Source: a virus
Lineage: Duplodnaviria; Caudoviricetes
Virus record (IMG/VR): IMGVR_UViG_3300037400_004242
Strand: one strand, 5' to 3'
Length of the DNA: 64,000 nt
The number at the start of each line of letters is the position of its first letter. The stretch's first letter is position 1. A program made the position numbers and the translations under genes. This document shows, one piece after another, positions 51,190 through 59,101 of the stretch. The notes beneath the pieces were generated by a model. That model searched no databases, was not told the DNA's origin, and saw only the letters and a list, made by a program, of their open reading frames with translations.

Positions 51190-52848
51190 TTGCAATATAA
51201 ATGGAATATTCATCAATCTTATCAGGGCGATTTTTTTGATGTAATAAAAAAAGAAAAAAATTTGACAGATGATGATTTATATAATTTTATTCATATTCGT
51301 GAGAGTAAATATAGAAATCCAAATTTGTTACCAAATATAGATAAAGCTATTGAACGTACAAAACAAGCAATTCAAAATCATGAACATATTTTAATTTCAG
51401 GTGATTATGATTGTGATGGAATTACGTCTACTTCTATTATGATGATAGGATTATCATCATTAACTCCATATGTAGAATGGACAGTCCCAGAAAGAACAGA
51501 TGGATATGGTTTAAGTAAAAAAATTGTAGATAATGCTATTCAAAATCATATTAATCTAATTATTACAGTCGATAATGGAATTAGTACAAAGTATGTTATT
51601 GATTATGCAAATAAAAATAATATTGATGTTATTGTAACAGACCATCATCCAATGGTAACAAGTGATGTATTGCCAACAGAAATTACTGTTGACCCACAAA
51701 TTGAAGAATCGTATCCTTTTAAATCTATTTGCGGATGTATGGTAGCATATAAATTTTTACGTATGCTAATTTCAGATTTACCAAAGAAAGAAATTCATAA
51801 TGAAATTGTAGTATTAACAATGTTTGGTACAATTGCAGATGTTATGTCATTAACAGATGAAAATCGTAAATTTGTTTATAATGGATTAAAACTTTTAAAT
51901 CAAAAACAGCATATTAGTTATGGAATTGATGCATTAGTAAAGGCTTTAAAATTAAGCAAAGGAAATATTACATCTACAAATATTGCTTTTTCAATTGCAC
52001 CATGTATTAATGCATTGGGAAGAATTGATGATTCAAAAATTGGTGTGGAACTATTTTTAGCTGATGATGAAGTAAAAGCTACAAGATTAGCTGAAAAATC
52101 TGCATCAATTAACGAAAAAAGAAAACAATTCCAAAATGAAGCGTTACAAAATATTGAAATAGATAATAACTCGTCATTTATTATTGAAACAATAGATAGT
52201 AAATATCCTGGTTTGATTGGTGCAATCGCAGGTAAATTTGCAAATAAATATCAAAAACCATGTTTTATGCTTCATGAATTAACAGATGGACGTTTATCTG
52301 GCTCAGGAAGAACAATTGGTAATTTTGCAATTAATACTTGTATTTCTGACAATATGGATATTTGTACAGGTGGAGGACATGCTTCTGCTTGTGGTATTAC
52401 AATGAAAAAAGATGATTTACAAGAATTTAAAAAACGTTGTTTTGCAAGTTATAATAAATATTTAAAAGATAATCAAGCAGAAATTGCAGAACCAACGAAA
52501 GATTTTCTTTGTGAACTAAATTTTAATGATATTGATGATGAATTAATGTCAAAAATAAATACGTTAGAACCATTTGGAAAAGATAATCCTATGCCTGAAT
52601 TTTGTTCACATAAAGTTTTAGTTCAAGATTATAAGATTTTAGGTGCATTACAGAATACAGTAAAATTAGAATTATATCAAAATGGAAAAATTCTAACAGG
52701 TATCACTTTTAATGAAACAAAAGATAAATTTGTTGAAGAATTAAATTGTCCAAAATATATCAATATTGGGTATACATTGAATTACAATTATTGGAGAGGA
52801 AATCGTACATTACAGTTACTAATTAATGATTTTCAAGTAAGTGGATAA
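51190..52848 (+). CDS. recJ: RecJ single-stranded DNA exonuclease
   Basis: GDYDCDG, DGYGL, ITVDNG, TDHH, GTIADV, INALGR, GSGR, GGHA and LEPFG. Confidence 0.92.
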   Translation: MQYKWNIHQSYQGDFFDVIKKEKNLTDDDLYNFIHIRESKYRNPNLLPNIDKAIERTKQAIQNHEHILISGDYDCDGITSTSIMMIGLSSLTPYVEWTVPERTDGYGLSKKIVDNAIQNHINLIITVDNGISTKYVIDYANKNNIDVIVTDHHPMVTSDVLPTEITVDPQIEESYPFKSICGCMVAYKFLRMLISDLPKKEIHNEIVVLTMFGTIADVMSLTDENRKFVYNGLKLLNQKQHISYGIDALVKALKLSKGNITSTNIAFSIAPCINALGRIDDSKIGVELFLADDEVKATRLAEKSASINEKRKQFQNEALQNIEIDNNSSFIIETIDSKYPGLIGAIAGKFANKYQKPCFMLHELTDGRLSGSGRTIGNFAINTCISDNMDICTGGGHASACGITMKKDDLQEFKKRCFASYNKYLKDNQAEIAEPTKDFLCELNFNDIDDELMSKINTLEPFGKDNPMPEFCSHKVLVQDYKILGALQNTVKLELYQNGKILTGITFNETKDKFVEELNCPKYINIGYTLNYNYWRGNRTLQLLINDFQVSG

Positions 52849-52919
52849 TGTATAAAATATTGAACAATTTATTTATAATAGAAGGATGAAAGTCCTTCTA
52901 TTTTTTACTGTAATTATAA

Positions 52920-54008
52920 TTGTATATTTATATTTTACTTCCATATTTTTTTAGTGAAAGAATGAACAACATCCATAATAATCAAGGAAGAATAATGGAT
53001 ATATCTAAAAAATTGGAGTGTGAAATAATGGATATTAAGACGCAAATTATTGAACAAATCAATGATGCGTCAAATATAGCAATTATTATGCATGACAATC
53101 CAGATGCAGATGCAATAGGTTCAGCAATTGCTTTAGAAGAAATTTTAAAACAATTAAATAAAAATACGGCTATTATAACACAAAATAAGATAAAAAAGAA
53201 ATATGCGCAAATATTTGGAAAATCAAGAGTGAATAAGTATTATCTGCCAAATTTTTATTTTGACGTTCTGTTTGTATTAGATTGTTCTGAACAATCCAGG
53301 ATTAGCATAAAATTAAAAGATTATAGTGATAATATAATCGTAATTGACCATCATAAAAATTTTAATCCGTATGGAACAATATATTGGCAAGAAAATAAAA
53401 TCTCAAATTCTATTTTAATTTTTTATTTAATAAAAGAACTTATTAAACAAAAATATAATGTATTTTTTACAGAGATAATTGCAACGGCTTTATACATGGG
53501 AATTTCAGGAGATAGCTTTAATTTTAGAAACTTGAATACAACTGCTGAAACACATCAAATTTCAGCGGAATTAATAGAATATGGTGCGGATTTAGAATAC
53601 GTTAATGAAATAGAAAAGTATTCTAGAAGCATTTTAAAATTAGAAAAACAAGTATGGGATAATTTAATTTATGACGAACAATATAAAATTATTTATGCAG
53701 TTATTTCACCACAAACAATTAAAGATGCAAAATCTACATATGAAGATGCTTCACAAATTATTAATGTTATGAGATTAATATCCGATGTAGATGTTGCGAT
53801 TGTATTTATTCCATTTAAAAATAAAGTATACATAAAAACAAGGAGCCATAGCATTAATGTTTCAAGGATTATGAAATTGTTTGGCGGCGGCGGTCATGAA
53901 TTAGCCGCAGGAGCGGTATGTTACTCAGATACAACTTTTTCAGTAGTAAATTCTGTTATTAAAAAAGTAAAAGAAGCAATAGATATTAGCAAAAGGCAAG
54001 CAAAATAA
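52920..54008 (+). CDS. DHH/DHHA1 phosphoesterase (NrnA-like); true start probably 52995 or 53028
   Basis: HDNPDADAIGS, LDCS, IDHH, GISGDS and GGGGHELAAG. Confidence 0.85.
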   Translation: MYIYILLPYFFSERMNNIHNNQGRIMDISKKLECEIMDIKTQIIEQINDASNIAIIMHDNPDADAIGSAIALEEILKQLNKNTAIITQNKIKKKYAQIFGKSRVNKYYLPNFYFDVLFVLDCSEQSRISIKLKDYSDNIIVIDHHKNFNPYGTIYWQENKISNSILIFYLIKELIKQKYNVFFTEIIATALYMGISGDSFNFRNLNTTAETHQISAELIEYGADLEYVNEIEKYSRSILKLEKQVWDNLIYDEQYKIIYAVISPQTIKDAKSTYEDASQIINVMRLISDVDVAIVFIPFKNKVYIKTRSHSINVSRIMKLFGGGGHELAAGAVCYSDTTFSVVNSVIKKVKEAIDISKRQAK

Positions 54009-54056
54009 AACTTGCCTTTTTGTTATAGAAAAAAATATTGGATTTATTTTTAAAAT

Positions 54057-54215
54057 AGAAGGACAGATAACAGTCTTGAACTGTAATAAAGCATGATTTG
54101 AATACTATATATACGTGATATGTGATTCGTATACAATAGCATATTTACGTCAATGCATAGGATATAGAATCTATGTGATAACCTACAAAGTAATGCCTGT
54201 TCATTTGTACCTTCT
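54057..54215 (+). ncRNA. Putative rod-shaped structured RNA with 6S-like architecture
   Basis: End-to-end pairing AGAAGG/CCTTCT, ACAGAT/ATTTGT and AACAG/CTGTT. Central asymmetric bubble with a 3' hairpin. Distal stem GCATGA/TCA-TGC, TGAATA/TATTTA, CTAT/ATAG and TATACG/CGTATA. A T-run follows. Confidence 0.55.
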
Positions 54216-54240
54216 TGTTTTTTAATAGGAGATATAAAAT

Positions 54241-54906
54241 ATGATAAGACATGCAGAATTAAGTCCTGTCAAACTTGATGATAATGCAATTCAATATATA
54301 ACAGATTCTATGGCAAATAACATGCTGATTCAAATTAATTATGAAGGGTCAGGATGGAGAACAATTCAGCCATATTCTTTTACAACTTCAAAAGACAACA
54401 ATTTGCTTGTGATGTGTTATAAGCAAGATGGTTCTATCAGGTCTTATCGTTTTGATAGAATTAATCAGTTATATGTTGATGATTCTTTATTACAAGCTGA
54501 AACAGGTGTAACATTTGAAGATAGTGGAGATAGTTCTTCTAAAAATAATCCAAGTGATTTTGAAATTCCATATTTACCTGAATACGATGAAATATTAGAA
54601 GAATCTGAAAATGAACCTCCTGAACCTTTTGCAGATGCAATAGACGAAATTGAAATGGGAGAAATGTTTGAACCTGAACCTGTTGAAGATGATGATAAGA
54701 AAAAAAATAAAATAGATTATAATCTAGATGAAAATGAAGATGAAAATGTAGATTTTAATTTAGATGAAGATAATAATTCTTCAGATAAAGAATCTTCAGA
54801 TAATGATGAATTTTCAACAGAAGAACCTACGGAAAGTGAGGAAGAAAATGGAGAAGAAACGAGCGAATCCGACGAACAATCCGATTCAAATCAGCAACGC
54901 ATTTGA
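54241..54906 (+). CDS. Stand-alone WYL-domain protein with a long acidic tail
   Basis: IQINY..RTIQPY..VMCY..IRSYRFDRI; no HTH domain; D/E-rich C-terminal half. Confidence 0.8.
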   Translation: MIRHAELSPVKLDDNAIQYITDSMANNMLIQINYEGSGWRTIQPYSFTTSKDNNLLVMCYKQDGSIRSYRFDRINQLYVDDSLLQAETGVTFEDSGDSSSKNNPSDFEIPYLPEYDEILEESENEPPEPFADAIDEIEMGEMFEPEPVEDDDKKKNKIDYNLDENEDENVDFNLDEDNNSSDKESSDNDEFSTEEPTESEEENGEETSESDEQSDSNQQRI

Positions 54907-55027
54907 ACATTATGGATTTAATGAACCATCAAAAAATAAAGATAAAATTCCTGAGTGGATGGAAAAAGTTTTAACAAATAAAAAAGAACCTCCACGCGCA
55001 AGCGATTTTAAAGGCATCTGGCCATAA
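54848..55027 (+). CDS. Possible 59-aa protein overlapping the end of the WYL gene
   Basis: ATG 54848 with GAGGA upstream; the ORF ends just before the terminator at 55031-55056. Confidence 0.4.
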   Translation: MEKKRANPTNNPIQISNAFEHYGFNEPSKNKDKIPEWMEKVLTNKKEPPRASDFKGIWP

Positions 55028-55059
55028 ACAAACTCCTGCTACTAGCAGGAGTTTTTAAT

Positions 55060-55088
55060 TTGAAAAATTTTTATTTTTATGATATAAT
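55060..55088 (+). promoter_or_regulatory. SigmaA-type promoter TTGAAA-N17-TATAAT with extended TG
   Basis: Lies upstream of the sigma factor gene. Confidence 0.65.
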
Positions 55089-55118
55089 GAAACAAGAGTT
55101 TGAAAGATAAAGAGAGAG

Positions 55119-55928
55119 GTGGTTTCTTTGTCTGATATATTTCAACCTGGTTCATGTGTTTTATATTACGATGACACTTTATCAAAAGGTATTATCTCAA
55201 AAAATAATATGGAATTACAATTTAATCCTAATTATTGTACAGAATATGTTGATGATATGCCAATTAAAATGTCAGAAGAACAAAAAAGAACTTTGATTCA
55301 AAATAAAAAATTACGACAATTACGAAAGCCAACCATTGAAGAAGCTGTAGCGGATTACAGAAATGGGTGTCAAGATGCTTTCGAATATGTATATAAATAT
55401 TTTGAACCAAAAATTCGTTATATGGCAAAAACAAAAGGAAATTGCGTTTGTACAGAAGATTTATTTTCAGAGATTACATTACAGTTATTCCAATGTGTAA
55501 AAAAATATAAATTTGGAAAAATAAAATTTAATACATTCTTTTGGCGATGCGCACAAAATGTAGTAGGAATGTATTATACAAGAAAAAATGCACAAAAACG
55601 AAAAAATGAATTCGGTGAAGTATCTTTAAATTTGCAACCATCAGATAATGACCACAATGAATTAAAGGACATTATTCCTGATAAAAATTCTGAAAATTGT
55701 TTTGATGATATTCAATTAGAATGTTATTTAGAAAAAGCGATTTTCCCTTATTTAACAGATGATAGAGATAAAAAGATTATAAAATTATTGGCACAAGGCT
55801 ATGAAATCACAGATATGTGTAACTTTGTTCATCTATCGAAACAATGTTTATATATCCGAATGAAACGAATTAGAAAAATTATATCTGAAAATATATCTTA
55901 TGAAAAATTTAAAATGGATTTAAAATAA
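55119..55928 (+). CDS. Phage sigma-70 family factor (SigH/ECF-like regions 2 and 4)
   Basis: DAFEYVYKYFEPKI..EDLFSE..KY..KFNTFFWRC..N..KR; region 4 QGYEITDM..LSKQ..RMKRIRK. Confidence 0.8.
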   Translation: MVSLSDIFQPGSCVLYYDDTLSKGIISKNNMELQFNPNYCTEYVDDMPIKMSEEQKRTLIQNKKLRQLRKPTIEEAVADYRNGCQDAFEYVYKYFEPKIRYMAKTKGNCVCTEDLFSEITLQLFQCVKKYKFGKIKFNTFFWRCAQNVVGMYYTRKNAQKRKNEFGEVSLNLQPSDNDHNELKDIIPDKNSENCFDDIQLECYLEKAIFPYLTDDRDKKIIKLLAQGYEITDMCNFVHLSKQCLYIRMKRIRKIISENISYEKFKMDLK

Positions 55929-55958
55929 AAAGAGAACCTATTTTTAGGTTCTCTTTTT
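55927..55958. terminator. Bidirectional terminator
   Basis: Stem AAAAGAGAACCTA / TAGGTTCTCTTTT. Confidence 0.8.
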
Positions 55959-55963
55959 ATACT

Positions 55964-58900
55964 TTATAACAAGTATACATACATTTCCTTCTCAGGATGA
56001 CGTTCGATAAACATTGTTATCTTTTCACTATCGTTCCATACAACTGTATTTGGAATCAATAATTTGATATTTGTTCCATGTTCATCACATGGGTATTTAA
56101 TAATATCAAGTTTAATATCTAAGTCATTATAGTGTTGGTCTGTAATAACTTCAAACTTGATGTTGCAAATATCTCTTTGTACTTTATATGGATTGATTTC
56201 AAAATTAATCAGTTTGTCACTATGGTCAGGAAGTGTAACTTCAAAGTTGACAGGCAATCTACTCTGCGGATTAACCTCGAACGTTATAGGAATATCAAAC
56301 CATTCGCAATTTGGTGGTGTATGCCAATACGTAACAGTTACTGATGGTTTTGCCATTTCTCCTAGTTTCGTTTGTAAGGACGAGAATGTTAACAAATCAT
56401 TATTACGTTTATTATGTTGCTCAATGACTAATAAATAACTACGTTGCGTTGATGGTAATAATTCAAAGTCTTTGAGGTCATCCGTAATATCAATTTTAAT
56501 TCTGCCTAATTTATTAGGAACAGTAAATTGCGTAATTAGTTTACCAATATTTTGCTTACCAATCGTGTTATAATTTGCGAAAGTTTCAACCCAATTATTG
56601 TCAATGGAATAAACTTTAACAATATCTCCTGTTTTAATTCCTGAAATGACATTCAAGTTCAAAATTGCTTTTTGAACTGTCTGATAGCCATAATACTGTG
56701 CGTCTCTACGTTTCATATCAATATTCAAGTCTTTATAATCGAATCCGATAATCGTCTTGAATATATCATATTTCTTCGTATTCGCGACAACAATCTTTTG
56801 CTTCAAACCATAGTTCATATATCTAGCAAAATTATAACCATAAGTATCTTTCAATGCTTTGATATTTTCTTTTGCAAGTTGTGGTTTTGCAAGTTTTGCA
56901 TGAGCAAGAATCTTAGGAGCTGTCTTTTCCGTTGAAACATAGAATGTAATATTACATTCACGCTTAACAATTGGAATTGTCATATGAATATCAAGTTTAT
57001 TAGAAACATGATTAATTACATCAGAATTTGTAATTAAATGTCCGATAGCATTGACATACATAGTAATAGGAATAGAAGACCTTTGTTCATATACAACATA
57101 GAAACTAATCTTTTTCTCAGATGGCTTCATATGTGTAATATCTGCATAAGTTGTTACATTCGCAATATCATGTACAACTATGAAGTTAATGTTACTACCT
57201 CTAGATTTTACATTTTGTTTTACAGTAAATTTAATCGGAACTTTGCTCTTATCATTGTAATAACCAAATTGTTCAACAACAGAATGTAACAAGATATATT
57301 TACGTATAACATTCATTGTGATTGGAATTTGTGTCTTTTGAGCTAAAGATATAACATCAAATGTAATATTACGTTTTTCATCATCAACATGATATTGATG
57401 TAAACTAATATCACCTTGTGTAATCAATTGTGGATTACGACTATAAATAAATGTAATTGGTAGTTTGGATGTATCCTTATTACGAACGGCAAATGTAATC
57501 GTTCTATCTGTATCTTTTGTTCCTTGCGTCATAAATGATGCATAAGAAATTAATTCAGGTGTACGATGAATTACCATTGTAATAGGAATTACATTTTTAG
57601 CTTTGTTAATAATACTAACAGTAATAGGTAATGTATGTTCGTCATTACGATAATGTGTATCTGCAACTGTTTCTAATTGAACTTTATTGAAGATATACAT
57701 GTAAATTGGCAATCTTGTATTACTTGCACGATTTACAACAGAGAAATTAATTGTTCTAGTATCTTCAGTTTTTGTCATTCCTTGATTAAAGGAAATTTCT
57801 GATTTAAAAGAATTCTGATACTTATCAATTATTAATGTAATTGGAATTTGTGCTTTTGTTTTATTTGCAATTTGAAGAGAAATATCTATTCCTTTTTCAT
57901 CTTTTAGAACTTCAGGAATGTCTAATTTAATTGGAATTTGTGTTCGCGTATTAAGATATTCTTCTAACTTTTTCTTGTTATCGTCATTAACACCGATAAC
58001 ATACATATGAATATCTTTACGTTCATCCGTAACTTTACCAATAATAAATTTGATATTTGTAATATCAAGTTTAACAGTACGTTTTACAATGAAATTAATG
58101 TTCCATTTTTCTTCAACGACACGTTGAATATTAATTTTAATTGGTAAATCAGATTTATCTTTGCGTTGTACAACAAGATTTACTTTCTTGTCATTAAAGT
58201 AAACAACAATAAAATTAATATTTTCTCTAAATTCATCATAACGTTTTACAATAAAGTTAATATATTCTCTATCTTCCTCTTTGCGTTTAACAATGAAATG
58301 AATCTTTGTACCGTTTTCTTTTTTCGGAACAGTAAAAATAATATGGCATTTATCTTCTTTGTTCGGAATAGATAATTTAATAGGAATCTTACTTGTTTTA
58401 TATACAAAGAAATCAATATTTATTCCTTTATTTTTTACAGTACGTTTTATGGTAAACGTGATATGACGCATATCTGCTGTTTGTTGTGCAATTACAAATT
58501 TGATTGGACGTTTATCATCATTGAGAGGATTAACATCAAATTTAATCAAATTACTTGTACTGTATCCAATATCGTAAGTAACGCCATCTTCAAATTGCGA
58601 CACATTAATATGATTAATGGAAATAATTTTCTTATCTTCAATCGTAAAAGTTAATTTTTTCCATTTATCATTAATTAAGTAATAGTAATCATAATCTCCA
58701 TCAGGAACGTCTGAATTGATGATATATTTCTTTTTTTGTTCAGCAGTACCACCATTAATACTCTGCATTATATCTAAAGGATAATCATCAGGAAATTTTT
58801 TATCGTTCTTAATGGTTTTCCAATATCCTGGAGGTGCGAACATATAGGCTTCTGTTGCTTTATCAGGTGTGGAATCTTCATATGGTACAACAGTAGCCGT

Positions 58901-59101
58901 TGTTCCGTTCATAGTACAGGTTAAAAATTGAATATTAGTTGAATTTTCATCCAACATTAACCTATATCCTGCATATTGCAAAGAAAGTGCTTCTTTATAA
59001 CGCTTTATTAAGCTATTATAATCAGCACTTTCTCTAATTTCTGTTAGCGCAATATAAGCATTAGAACGTAACTGTTCGAGTATTAGATACGAATTTTTTT
59101 T
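55964..59101 (-). CDS. C-terminal part of a frameshifted virion-type protein with many I-x-F-x-V beta repeats and a DNRLRE/CBM96-like domain
   Basis: The frame is open back to the A8 run and there is no SD before TTG 58981. NNWVETFANYN..FSS motif. Confidence 0.65.
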   Translation of the reverse strand, partial: KKNSYLILEQLRSNAYIALTEIRESADYNSLIKRYKEALSLQYAGYRLMLDENSTNIQFLTCTMNGTTATVVPYEDSTPDKATEAYMFAPPGYWKTIKNDKKFPDDYPLDIMQSINGGTAEQKKKYIINSDVPDGDYDYYYLINDKWKKLTFTIEDKKIISINHINVSQFEDGVTYDIGYSTSNLIKFDVNPLNDDKRPIKFVIAQQTADMRHITFTIKRTVKNKGINIDFFVYKTSKIPIKLSIPNKEDKCHIIFTVPKKENGTKIHFIVKRKEEDREYINFIVKRYDEFRENINFIVVYFNDKKVNLVVQRKDKSDLPIKINIQRVVEEKWNINFIVKRTVKLDITNIKFIIGKVTDERKDIHMYVIGVNDDNKKKLEEYLNTRTQIPIKLDIPEVLKDEKGIDISLQIANKTKAQIPITLIIDKYQNSFKSEISFNQGMTKTEDTRTINFSVVNRASNTRLPIYMYIFNKVQLETVADTHYRNDEHTLPITVSIINKAKNVIPITMVIHRTPELISYASFMTQGTKDTDRTITFAVRNKDTSKLPITFIYSRNPQLITQGDISLHQYHVDDEKRNITFDVISLAQKTQIPITMNVIRKYILLHSVVEQFGYYNDKSKVPIKFTVKQNVKSRGSNINFIVVHDIANVTTYADITHMKPSEKKISFYVVYEQRSSIPITMYVNAIGHLITNSDVINHVSNKLDIHMTIPIVKRECNITFYVSTEKTAPKILAHAKLAKPQLAKENIKALKDTYGYNFARYMNYGLKQKIVVANTKKYDIFKTIIGFDYKDLNIDMKRRDAQYYGYQTVQKAILNLNVISGIKTGDIVKVYSIDNNWVETFANYNTIGKQNIGKLITQFTVPNKLGRIKIDITDDLKDFELLPSTQRSYLLVIEQHNKRNNDLLTFSSLQTKLGEMAKPSVTVTYWHTPPNCEWFDIPITFEVNPQSRLPVNFEVTLPDHSDKLINFEINPYKVQRDICNIKFEVITDQHYNDLDIKLDIIKYPCDEHGTNIKLLIPNTVVWNDSEKITMFIERHPEKEMYVYLL

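Noticed and set aside
58979-58981. Independent TTG start for the 1005-aa ORF
   Set aside because: There is no SD, the site lies at the base of a hairpin, and repeat homology extends upstream to the A8 run.
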